NCBI GenBank assembly: GCA_038997165.1
Contig: JAWBAK010000001.1
Coordinates: 472,917 to 536,916, forward strand
DNA: 64,000 nt
Source: Candidatus Aenigmatarchaeota archaeon
GTDB taxonomy: Archaea; Aenigmatarchaeota; Aenigmatarchaeia; CG10238-14; SpSt-28
Direction: 5' to 3'
In this document: piece after piece, positions 35,470-44,539 of the stretch
Numbering within the stretch: the stretch's first letter is position 1
Layout of the letters: each line of letters opens with the position of its first letter
Program-made: the position numbers and the translations under genes
The notes under the pieces: generated by a model
What the model was told of the DNA's origin: nothing
Database searches by the model: none
Seen by the model: only the letters and a program-made list of their open reading frames with translations

Positions 35470-36378
35470 ATGTTTATGGATAAAATAAGTATTAATTATC
35501 GATATTTTGCATTTTTTTTCCTTTTTTTAGTTGCTTATTTAGTTTTTTTCCATTTTTTAAAAATTGTTTTAGAAGAATTTTTTCCAAATTTAAAAACAAA
35601 CATTTTAGATATAATAAATTTAATTTTCATTATAATAATTGCTTATTCTATTCCAAATATTATAACTATAAAAAATGGAGAAGTTAAAATTAAAAGTGAA
35701 GTTAATAAGCTAAGAAATTTAATAAGAATTTTATTTTTTATTCTTGTAGCAATTTATTTAGTAACTTTAATAATAAGAGATCCTGTATTTGGAGTTGCAA
35801 GCGGAACTATAATTGGTTTAGTTTTTGGTTTGGCTTTGCAACCAATTTTATCAAATTTATTTAGCGGCTTAATAATTCTTTCAACAGGTTTTATAAGAGT
35901 TGGAAATAAAATAAGAATAATGTCACCTCAAATTCCATATGCAGCTGCAGTAGCTACATATAAATTTTTTTCAGATGATGCAATACCAATAGGATATAAA
36001 GGAATTGTTGAAGAAATTAGTATCTTTTATACTTCAATAAGATTAGAAAGTGGAGTAAGATTAAAAGTTCCGAATTCTGTTGTTTTATCAAGCGGTATTA
36101 TAGAAAAATTAGAAGAAGAAGAAGTTAGACTAATAAAAGTTAGGTTTGAATTTCCAATAAGAAAAATAAATGAAGATGAAATTTTAGAAACAATAAAAGA
36201 AAGGATTGAAAAAATTGAAGGTGTTAAAAGAGTTGCTGTTATGTTTTCAGAGCAATCGGATAAAGAGCATGTAATCATAGAATTAAAAATTGATATAAAA
36301 CATAGAGAACATAAAGTAGTTAAATCTCAAATAATTAAAGAACTAATTAAGATTTGGAAAGAAGTTCAAAAAAACTAA
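35470..36378 (+). CDS. mscS: Small-conductance mechanosensitive channel
   Basis: GLVFGLALQPILSNLFSG, G.VEEISIFYT, VPNS. Confidence 0.9.
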   Translation: MFMDKISINYRYFAFFFLFLVAYLVFFHFLKIVLEEFFPNLKTNILDIINLIFIIIIAYSIPNIITIKNGEVKIKSEVNKLRNLIRILFFILVAIYLVTLIIRDPVFGVASGTIIGLVFGLALQPILSNLFSGLIILSTGFIRVGNKIRIMSPQIPYAAAVATYKFFSDDAIPIGYKGIVEEISIFYTSIRLESGVRLKVPNSVVLSSGIIEKLEEEEVRLIKVRFEFPIRKINEDEILETIKERIEKIEGVKRVAVMFSEQSDKEHVIIELKIDIKHREHKVVKSQIIKELIKIWKEVQKN

Positions 36379-36461
36379 TAATGCCTAATATTTTAATTTT
36401 TTTAATCTAAATCTTAAAGTAAAGATTAAAGATGTATGTATGGGCTTTATAAAAACTAGAA

Positions 36462-36554
36462 AGCCCCGGGAGGGATTTGAACCCTCGACCTCCTGCTTTC
36501 TTTAGCAGGTAGCGCCATACAAGGCAGGCGCTCTACCTGCTGAGCTACCGGGGC
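36462..36554 (-). tRNA. tRNA-Thr(TGT) with 20-nt intron at 37/38 (intron 36498-36517)
   Basis: GCCCCGG/CCGGGGC acceptor, discriminator T, CCTGC/GCAGG anticodon stem, relaxed BHB. Confidence 0.9.
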
Positions 36555-36564
36555 TTAAACCTTT

Positions 36565-36647
36565 CGCCGGGGGTGGGATTTGAACCCACGCGGGCACAAG
36601 CCCACCGACTTAGCAGGTCGGCGCCTTAGCCACTTGGCTACCCCGGC
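36565..36647 (-). tRNA. tRNA-Ser(GCT)
   Basis: GCCGGGG/CCCCGGC, CCGAC-CT-GCT-AA-GTCGG, long variable arm, discriminator G. Confidence 0.95.
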
Positions 36648-36686
36648 ATAAGTTAAAATATAATTATTATTAATTAAAATAAAAAA

Positions 36687-37229
36687 TTATTCTATACAAC
36701 AATCGACAAATTTTTTAACTAGGTTTTTAAATTTATCAAAAAATTTTTCTTTTGATTTTATTTCTTCTTTTATTTCTTTATCTTTTTCTATTTCCTCTTT
36801 TACTTTATCTAAATTGTACATTCCCAAATTTAATGCCCAAAACATAGTATAAGTTTTATAAGCTTTTCCAAAATATTCATGAGCTTTTTCTTTATTATTG
36901 CCTAATAATTTTGTAGCAACTTCATTTAATCGCATCGTAGCAGCTAACAAATGTTTAGAAATACACCAAACTTCGGCACCTTCTTCAACATTTTTAACTA
37001 TTTCTTTCATTAATTCTTTTCTTAATTCTCTTACTTCATTTAATATTTCAAAATATTTTTTATTTCCAGTTTTTACTCCAGACATAAACAAATGCTCTTC
37101 TATAGAAATTAAATTCATTATTGCAAAAGATAAATCTTCATCTTTCGAAATATCTAACTTAACATTTTCATCTTTTAGTTTTTCTAGAATTTCATTATAT
37201 TTTTTTTGTAGTTCTTCTCTTTTTTTCAT
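36687..37229 (-). CDS. Conserved hypothetical helical protein
   Basis: NLISIEEH, WCISKHLL, C-terminal DCCIE; charged alpha-helical. Confidence 0.6.
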   Translation of the reverse strand: MKKREELQKKYNEILEKLKDENVKLDISKDEDLSFAIMNLISIEEHLFMSGVKTGNKKYFEILNEVRELRKELMKEIVKNVEEGAEVWCISKHLLAATMRLNEVATKLLGNNKEKAHEYFGKAYKTYTMFWALNLGMYNLDKVKEEIEKDKEIKEEIKSKEKFFDKFKNLVKKFVDCCIE

Positions 37230-37675
37230 ATTAATATTTTTTGTGGCATATAAATTAATAAACTTATTATTAGTAAAAAGGCTATTGGAATTATAACTTT
37301 TTGAAATTTAAAATAAACTTTACCATTATTTTTCCTTAGCAAATAATTATTGAAAAGTTCAGAAGAAATAATAGTAATCATTCCAAAAAAACTTCCTAAT
37401 AAAAATTCGTCAAAAATCCAAAATTTCGGATAATAAATAATATAATTAAAATAATATAAGGGAAAATAGCTTAAAAAGAAAAACAAAAATAAAAATAAGG
37501 GTTTTCTGAATAAAAATTTTATTCTTTTATTATCTAACCATTTAATAAAGATTAAAAATAAAATAAAAATAAACGCTCCACTCCATAAACCTACTATTAA
37601 ATCACTTACTCCCAAATATCTAGATAGAATACTTCCACCCAACATAATTGGTGGACAAATTACTGGACAAACCAT
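37226..37675 (-). CDS. Hypothetical membrane protein with N-terminal Cys pair
   Basis: MVCPVIC, SRYLGVSD..VGLWSG, YFKFQKVIIP; ~5 TM. Confidence 0.6.
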   Translation of the reverse strand: MVCPVICPPIMLGGSILSRYLGVSDLIVGLWSGAFIFILFLIFIKWLDNKRIKFLFRKPLFLFLFFFLSYFPLYYFNYIIYYPKFWIFDEFLLGSFFGMITIISSELFNNYLLRKNNGKVYFKFQKVIIPIAFLLIISLLIYMPQKILI

Positions 37676-37708
37676 TATTAATAAATTTTTTAATTTTTAA
37701 AAAAGATT

Positions 37709-37779
37709 TGCGCCGGCCGGGATTCGAACCCGGGCTACCGGCTTGGCAAGCCGGTGTCCTACCTCTAGACTACCGGCGC
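37709..37779 (-). tRNA. tRNA-Gly(GCC)
   Basis: GCGCCGG/CCGGCGC, CCGGC-TT-GCC-AA-GCCGG. Confidence 0.95.
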
Positions 37780-37803
37780 ATAAAAAATTAAAAAAAATAA
37801 ATT

Positions 37804-40002
37804 TTAAGCTTCGATTTCTGGCTTTGGAATTTCCTCTTTTAAACCTTTTCTTTTTCTAATTGATAAAACTGTTTTTTCAAATAATTCTTGAGGCAATTCT
37901 TCATATGTAACTTCTAATATACTATAAAATGCTCTTCCACTTGTCACACTCTTTAATGCAGCATCCAATCCAAACGATTCACTAACAGGTATTTTTGCGA
38001 TTATTATACCAGCACCGCTTTCTTCTTTTATATCTAAAATTTGAGATCTTCTCTTCTGTAATTCATTTATAACATCGCCAACTAATTCATAGGGAACATC
38101 TATTCTAATTATTTGCTTGGGTTCATAAAGAGTTGTATTAGCTAATAACATAGCTTGTCTTATTCCCCATTTAAATGCTGGAATTATTTGTGCAGGACCT
38201 CTATGAACAGGATCTTCATGTAATTCAGCATCAACTATTTTAACTTTTAATTTCATGCATGGTTCTCTAGCTAGTGGTCCATCTTCCATAGCTTCTTCAA
38301 AAGCTCTTATTACCATTTCAATAACTTCATTCATAAATTGTACACCTTTTGTCAAATCAATCAATACATTTCTATTATGTATTGCAACAACGTTTTTTGC
38401 ATCTTCTCTATCCATTCCTAATTTAATCAATTTTTCGATTAATTTTGGATCTTTTTTAGTTTTCAAATATGCATGTTCAGGTAATTCTCCACTAATAAAT
38501 GCTTGATATACACTTTCTTCTAAAGGTTCTACTATTATATAAAATCTATTATGTTTATTTGGACTTTTTGCTTCTATAGGATTTGAATTTTTACCTTTAA
38601 CAACCTCTTTATAAACAACGATTGGATTTGAAACTACTATATCAAAACCAAGTTCTTTCAATTTTCTTTCTACCTTTGCTTCAATATGTAACTCTCCTAA
38701 ACCACTAACTAAGTATTCTCCTGTTTCTGTATTAATTTTTACTCTTAGTACGCTATCTTCTTTTGCAATTTTTTGTAATGCTTCAACTAACTTAGTTAAA
38801 TCTTGTGGATTTTTAGGTTCAATTGCTTTTGTAACAACAGGTTCAAAAATATGTTTTATTTCTACAAAAGGAGTAATAATATCATCTGGCTCACAAATAG
38901 TTTCTCCAGTAAATGCTTCTGGAATTCCTACTATCGCTACAATATTTCCAGCTAGTACTTCATCTACAGGAATTCTTTGAATTCCTTTATAAATTGCGAC
39001 TTGTTGGACTTTAGAAACTTTTTGATTGGAAACTAAGTAAATATCTTTTCCTTTGTAAATTTTTCCGCTAAAAATTCTTGCTGTTGCTACGAAACCAACA
39101 TGTGGATCTGGAATAACTTTTGTAACAATAGCCGCTAGTTTTCCATTAGAATTTACTTCTAACATATCTTTTCCATATTGACTATTCAAATCTCCTGGCC
39201 AAATTTTTTCTAATCTATATTTTATTGCTTCTTTTGGGCTAGGTAAATGTTTAATTATCATATCTAGAACAACTCTATGTAAAGGTGCTTTTTTAGCTAA
39301 TTCTTCTTGCTCATCGTTTAATACCATGTTAATTATATCTTTGAATGTTATTCCTGTTTCTTGCATATATGGTAATGAAATTGCCCATCTTTGTTTTGCA
39401 GAACCAAAAGCTACACTACCATTTTGAACATTTACGTACCAAGAATTTCTAAATTGTTCTTCTGCATATTTTTGTATTAATAAATTAACTTCTTTTATTA
39501 ATCTTTCAAACCTCTCTAACATTTGTTGAGAAGTTAGTTTAACTTCCTTTATTAATCTATCAACTTTATTAATAAATAATACAGGTTTAACTCTTTCTCT
39601 TAATGCTTGTCTAAATACTGTTTCTGTTTGAGGCATTATACCTTCTACAGCACAAATTAACACTATTGTACCATCTACAGCTCTCATAGCTCTAGTAACG
39701 TCGCCACCAAAATCAACATGACCAGGAGTATCTACTAAGTTAATTAAATAATCTTTTCCTTTATAGTTGTGAATCATAGAAACGTTTGCACCATAGATTG
39801 TTAGTTGTCTTTCTCTTTCTTGTTCATCAAACCAAGTATACATTATTTTACCCGCTAACTCCTCAGCTAGCATTCCTGCACCAGCCATTAAGTTATCAGT
39901 TAAAGTTGTTTTTCCATGGTGAACATGTGAAGAAGTAGCAACATTTCTAATTCTATCTGGATCTTTCATAACCTCTTTAATTCTTTCTATCATTTCAGCC
40001 AT
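37804..40002 (-). CDS. fusA: Elongation factor aEF-2
   Basis: HGKTT, DTPGHVDFGG, NKVD, SPNKHNRF, diphthamide loop LHEDPVHRGPAQ. Confidence 0.97.
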   Translation of the reverse strand: MAEMIERIKEVMKDPDRIRNVATSSHVHHGKTTLTDNLMAGAGMLAEELAGKIMYTWFDEQERERQLTIYGANVSMIHNYKGKDYLINLVDTPGHVDFGGDVTRAMRAVDGTIVLICAVEGIMPQTETVFRQALRERVKPVLFINKVDRLIKEVKLTSQQMLERFERLIKEVNLLIQKYAEEQFRNSWYVNVQNGSVAFGSAKQRWAISLPYMQETGITFKDIINMVLNDEQEELAKKAPLHRVVLDMIIKHLPSPKEAIKYRLEKIWPGDLNSQYGKDMLEVNSNGKLAAIVTKVIPDPHVGFVATARIFSGKIYKGKDIYLVSNQKVSKVQQVAIYKGIQRIPVDEVLAGNIVAIVGIPEAFTGETICEPDDIITPFVEIKHIFEPVVTKAIEPKNPQDLTKLVEALQKIAKEDSVLRVKINTETGEYLVSGLGELHIEAKVERKLKELGFDIVVSNPIVVYKEVVKGKNSNPIEAKSPNKHNRFYIIVEPLEESVYQAFISGELPEHAYLKTKKDPKLIEKLIKLGMDREDAKNVVAIHNRNVLIDLTKGVQFMNEVIEMVIRAFEEAMEDGPLAREPCMKLKVKIVDAELHEDPVHRGPAQIIPAFKWGIRQAMLLANTTLYEPKQIIRIDVPYELVGDVINELQKRRSQILDIKEESGAGIIIAKIPVSESFGLDAALKSVTSGRAFYSILEVTYEELPQELFEKTVLSIRKRKGLKEEIPKPEIEA

Positions 40003-40025
40003 AGTAATAAATTATTTAAAAAATA

Positions 40026-40217
40026 CTAATAAGATCTTTTTCTTTTTTTGTTTCCTATTTTTGTTTGCCAGCTATATTTTCTCCATTTAGAATCGGGATA
40101 TCCACAAAAAGCACACCTTTTTTTTCTTATATGATAAGAAAAATGGCCACATCTTCTACATCTTATATGCAAATCTTTTTTGGCTTTTAAACCTAGAGAG
40201 GGAGTACCTTTTGTCAT
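40026..40217 (-). CDS. rpl37e: 50S ribosomal protein eL37
   Basis: [25 protein letters not shown]. Confidence 0.96.
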   Translation of the reverse strand: MTKGTPSLGLKAKKDLHIRCRRCGHFSYHIRKKRCAFCGYPDSKWRKYSWQTKIGNKKRKRSY

Positions 40218-40226
40218 ATTAAATTA

Positions 40227-40448
40227 CTATGCTGTTATTATATAGCTGATAGAATCACCTCTTATTAATATCTCTTCAACTTTTTTTCTTTCGTTTTGAT
40301 TAGATATTTCTACATCATAAAGCCAAAGATTTAGATGTAAGTCAGCTGCTTTTAAGTTTCCTATTATCTCTTCTCCACTTTTAAGTTTTACTATTATTTT
40401 TTTTTCTTTTGCTTTCTCTAAAGCATCTAAAGGTCTATTATCTGCCAT
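40227..40448 (-). CDS. Sm/LSm archaeal protein (SmAP)
   Basis: RPLDAL, G.L.A.DLHLNL.L, IRGD; upstream of L37e as usual. Confidence 0.92.
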   Translation of the reverse strand: MADNRPLDALEKAKEKKIIVKLKSGEEIIGNLKAADLHLNLWLYDVEISNQNERKKVEEILIRGDSISYIITA

Positions 40449-40516
40449 GTTTCAATAAATAAAAATTAAATTTAAATATTTAAATTTAAAATAAAGATAG
40501 AAAAACTCAAAATAAT

Positions 40517-41719
40517 ATGGAAGAAGAGAAAAAAATACAATTAAAAAAATTAATAAAAGAATTAGAAAGCTATAGAGGTAGAAAGACAGAATTAATAAGT
40601 TATTATTTACCTCCTAATTATGATATAAATTCTGCAATAGCGCAAATTTCCGCTGAAATAGCTACGGCAAGAAATATTAAAAGTGATATAACTAGAAATA
40701 ATGTAATAGATGCATTAGAAAGAGTAGCAAATGCTTTGAGAAATATAGGTAAAATTGGAAAAAACGGTTTAGTAGTTTTTAGTGGAAATGTTGGAAAAGG
40801 AAAAGATGAATTTAAAGTTTGGGTAATAGAACCACCAGAACCTTTAAATTTAAAAATATATAGATGTGATAATCAATTTTTAGTTGAACCTTTAAAAGAA
40901 TTATTAAAAGAAAAAGAAATTTTTGGATTAATTGTTTTAGATTCTAAAGAAGCTACTATCGGAATTCTTAGAGGTAAAAATATTGAAGTTATTTATAATG
41001 ATGAGTCAAATGTACCATCTAAAACAGTTAAAGGTGGATGGAGTCAACAAAGATATAAAAGAATAAGGGAGCAGGCATTAGAGGAATGGCTTAAAAAAAT
41101 TGGAGAAAAAGCTTCTCAAATATTTTTACAAAATGACGTAAAAGGTATTTTAGTTGGTGGTCCAGGACCGATAAAAGAGGAATTTGTAAAAAACGAATAT
41201 TTAGATTATAGATTAAGAGATAAAATAATTGCAATAAAAGATGTTGGATATACAAATGAATATGGATTACAAGAATTAGTTAATAGAAGTGAAGAAGAGC
41301 TAAGTAAAACTGAAGTAATTAGAGAAAAAACTATTTTGAAAAAATTTTTTGAATCGATAAGTAAATTGCAAAATAATGTTGTTTATAATATTAAAGAGGT
41401 TTTAAAATATTTAGAAATTGGGGCTTTAGAGGAATTAATAATTTCTGAAGATTTTAATTTTGGAAAAATAAAATTATTTTGTAAAAATTGTGGAAATATA
41501 AGAGAAGAAGAAAATTTTTTAGATAAAATAGATAAAAAATGTAATGTTTGTGGAAGAGAAATGGAAATAGAAGAATTTAATAATTATTTTGATAAAATTT
41601 TAGAAATAGCAAAAAATTATAATACAAAAGTTTATATTGTATCTTCTCAAACTTCTGAGGGTCAACAATTTTTATCTTTTGGTGGAATAGGTGGATTTTC
41701 AAGATTTAAATTAGAGTAA
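40517..41719 (+). CDS. prf1: Peptide chain release factor aRF1 (GGQ replaced by GGW)
   Basis: GRKTELIS, NIKS, YRCDNQF, VGGPGPIK, GLQELV, zinc mini-domain, EGQQF..FGGIGG. Confidence 0.92.
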   Translation: MEEEKKIQLKKLIKELESYRGRKTELISYYLPPNYDINSAIAQISAEIATARNIKSDITRNNVIDALERVANALRNIGKIGKNGLVVFSGNVGKGKDEFKVWVIEPPEPLNLKIYRCDNQFLVEPLKELLKEKEIFGLIVLDSKEATIGILRGKNIEVIYNDESNVPSKTVKGGWSQQRYKRIREQALEEWLKKIGEKASQIFLQNDVKGILVGGPGPIKEEFVKNEYLDYRLRDKIIAIKDVGYTNEYGLQELVNRSEEELSKTEVIREKTILKKFFESISKLQNNVVYNIKEVLKYLEIGALEELIISEDFNFGKIKLFCKNCGNIREEENFLDKIDKKCNVCGREMEIEEFNNYFDKILEIAKNYNTKVYIVSSQTSEGQQFLSFGGIGGFSRFKLE

Positions 41720-41767
41720 ATAGTTCGGAAGAAATAAAATATTAAAATCAATATTTATTAAATATTT

Positions 41768-43525
41768 ATGATAATAAATTATAAAATAGAGCTTTTTTTG
41801 ATTTTTTTAACTATTTTATTTTTTTCTTTAATTTCTTTTAGTGGAACTCAAGATAATTGGAAATCTTGTTGTGAAAATAAAAATATTTGCGATTATATAC
41901 CAGAAGAAAGTATTACATTTGAAGGAAAAACATATTATTGTTGTAATATATCAAATACTTATGAATGGAAAGAAGAAGGATGTGAAAAAGAAGAACCACA
42001 ACCGCAACCAGACGATTTATGTTTAGTTGCTCAAAACATTTTTTCTTCAAGATGTCCTTCTTCTTCAGTAAGTATTAGTTTATCTTGTGAAAGTGGAAAA
42101 GTATGTATTTATAAAATAGAAAATGCTTATGTTTGTGATAACACTAATAAATCAAGTAATGTTATTAATAGTGGATATTATTGCATTGATAAAAAAAATC
42201 CTTACTTTGTTGAAATTTCTCATATTCCACAATTAATTGCAACTGCAGATAATACTTATGATCCATATCCAAATTATTTTGTAAATATGCAAGGAAATAG
42301 TGTTTCTTTAACTCCCGAAAAAATTGTTATAGACAAAGAAAATATCATTTTTAATTCAAAAAGTAGAGATGAATATAATGGTCAAGAAATAAGTGGTGTA
42401 AAGTCATCTTCACTAAGATTTACTAAATCTTCTGAAGCTATGAAATCAACTAGTTTTTCAGTATCTTCTTGTCCTAATGGTGCATCATATTCAATACCAG
42501 CAACTCATACAGCGAGTTTCGGAGGATTGAATATTGGATGGGGAAGATTAGAAGCTTATATAGTTGATCAAGCTGGAAATTCTGCTTCTAATTCAAATTA
42601 TCAAGTTTATATATTTTTAGGTGCAAGAGGAGATCAACAAAATCAAAGTGGAACTGATAAAATAGTTTTTCTTAAAACTTATTGGGATTCTAGCAATGAG
42701 ATAAAGATAAGAACAAATAGTTTAGGTGGAAATTATGTTAAAAAAATAAATTGTTTTGGATATAATGATAAATGTATACAAGCAAGAGATATTGTAGGAA
42801 AAACTGACGAGTTTACAGATTGTTTATGGGTGGGTCCTTCAAACGATCCAAAAAATGTTAGAATTTATAGTCTTAAAGAAATAGTAGATTTGGAATCAAA
42901 TGTTAAGGTTAATCCACCATATTTCAAAGATTATGGAAATACAATTATAATTGCTTGGGAAGATATAAAATTAAATGATTTAAGAAAATTGGCAGTTTGC
43001 TCAAAAAACGATACAGGTATTTTAGTTGATTTACCATTTTTAGTTTCTAAAAATATAAAGGATGGATTCCAATTTTTGCCTTCTACTGAAAAAAGATTTA
43101 GTGTAATATGGGAAGTGGAATATGCTAGAGAGCAAAGAGATGTAAATATTGAATGTTATCTAAATCCTACTATAGATGGAAGAAGTGCTTGTACTATAAA
43201 TGACATATTGTTTGGAAATTGTAATTTGGAGTATGGACAAAAATGTAAGTGTGGAAATTCTTTTCCATGTACTCAAAATACTGCAAAAGAAACAATAAAT
43301 AGTTGCTCTGTAGAAAATCCAAGATATTTTAGCGGAATAAATAGAATAATTTGTAAAATGTATGATCCAAGAGATAAAGGTATAAGAGTTGAAATTTGGT
43401 TTAATCATGAATTTTATTTTATGAATGGAAAAATAATAAATAAAAAATCTTTAATATTTGAAGTTGTATATGATACAATAATTCAAAACTTAATAAAAAG
43501 TTTAAAATTATTTAGTTTAATATGA
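41768..43525 (+). CDS. Secreted Cys-rich protein with Ig-like-type segment
   Basis: Signal peptide, many Cys, D..SGV...DQAGN pattern. Confidence 0.55.
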   Translation: MIINYKIELFLIFLTILFFSLISFSGTQDNWKSCCENKNICDYIPEESITFEGKTYYCCNISNTYEWKEEGCEKEEPQPQPDDLCLVAQNIFSSRCPSSSVSISLSCESGKVCIYKIENAYVCDNTNKSSNVINSGYYCIDKKNPYFVEISHIPQLIATADNTYDPYPNYFVNMQGNSVSLTPEKIVIDKENIIFNSKSRDEYNGQEISGVKSSSLRFTKSSEAMKSTSFSVSSCPNGASYSIPATHTASFGGLNIGWGRLEAYIVDQAGNSASNSNYQVYIFLGARGDQQNQSGTDKIVFLKTYWDSSNEIKIRTNSLGGNYVKKINCFGYNDKCIQARDIVGKTDEFTDCLWVGPSNDPKNVRIYSLKEIVDLESNVKVNPPYFKDYGNTIIIAWEDIKLNDLRKLAVCSKNDTGILVDLPFLVSKNIKDGFQFLPSTEKRFSVIWEVEYAREQRDVNIECYLNPTIDGRSACTINDILFGNCNLEYGQKCKCGNSFPCTQNTAKETINSCSVENPRYFSGINRIICKMYDPRDKGIRVEIWFNHEFYFMNGKIINKKSLIFEVVYDTIIQNLIKSLKLFSLI

Positions 43526-44235
43526 GGAAAATCACCTTTAATAATAAGAACATATTAATAATATTTCTTTTTTTTAGTAGTATTTTTTTATTTATATCAT
43601 TTTTTTATTCATTTTCTTCTTCTACAGATTGTTTAGCTTGCTATTGTGAAGGAGATGGATATTATGAAGAATATTGTGTGGATTATGATCCTCAAATAGG
43701 TGAATGTTTAGATTGTAGAACTAGATATGTTTCGTGCATAGATGAAAATACTTGTGGTTGTGGTCAAAGAGAAGATAAATATAAATGTTATATTGAAAGA
43801 ACATGTGAAAGCAATAGTGTAACTTGTTGGTGTTCAGAAAATCGTATTACAACATATTGTGGAGAGTCTACAGATAGTGATAATGGAGATAATCCAAATA
43901 TAAAAGGAACAGCGATAGATAGGTATTGTAGCAATGGAGCTTGTAAAGAAGATAGATACGAAGATTATTGTACTGGAATATGTAATAGGGAGAAATTAAT
44001 AGAATATTATGTTGAAAATGATAGAGTTAAGTATAAAGAATATTCAAATCTTTTTTCGCAAAACAAATATTGTAAAGATGGTAGTTTGCATAATGATAAT
44101 AGGAAACCTTCTGTAAGTCTTAGTTTAGGTTCTCGTAACTGGGGAAATACTGATATTACTGAAACTCTTAATTGTAATGATCATGATGAAAGTGGTTGCT
44201 GGAAATATAATTATAAAATTATAAAAGTAGTTTAG
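43522..44235 (+). CDS. Secreted Cys-rich protein
   Basis: Signal peptide; DSDNGD.P.IKG...DYC...LIEYY motif like that in 28446-29726. Confidence 0.55.
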   Translation: MRKITFNNKNILIIFLFFSSIFLFISFFYSFSSSTDCLACYCEGDGYYEEYCVDYDPQIGECLDCRTRYVSCIDENTCGCGQREDKYKCYIERTCESNSVTCWCSENRITTYCGESTDSDNGDNPNIKGTAIDRYCSNGACKEDRYEDYCTGICNREKLIEYYVENDRVKYKEYSNLFSQNKYCKDGSLHNDNRKPSVSLSLGSRNWGNTDITETLNCNDHDESGCWKYNYKIIKVV

Positions 44236-44239
44236 AATT

Positions 44240-44515
44240 TTATTTTATTATTTTTTGTGTTTCTTCTTTAAGTTTTTCAAATTTTTCTATTAAGTTATTA
44301 ATCGCACTTTTTAATGCTTCTTTAGCTTTTATATTTTCTGTTTTTATCCATAATTTTGGATTAGAAAGTTCAGGATGTTCTTTTATATAAGCAGCTTCTA
44401 TTACTCCTTTAATGTTCCATAACTCTTCTCTTAAAAGATTTAGAAATGTCTCACTTTCATTAATAAATTCTATTAACAAAACATTTTCTTCTTCTCTTAA
44501 AATCTTAAATTCCAT
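44240..44515 (-). CDS. rpoL: RNA polymerase subunit L (Rpo11)
   Basis: ESETFLNLLREEL...AAY..EHP...PKL.I.T. Confidence 0.9.
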   Translation of the reverse strand: MEFKILREEENVLLIEFINESETFLNLLREELWNIKGVIEAAYIKEHPELSNPKLWIKTENIKAKEALKSAINNLIEKFEKLKEETQKIIK

Positions 44516-44539
44516 TAATTAATTAATGATAAAATATAT

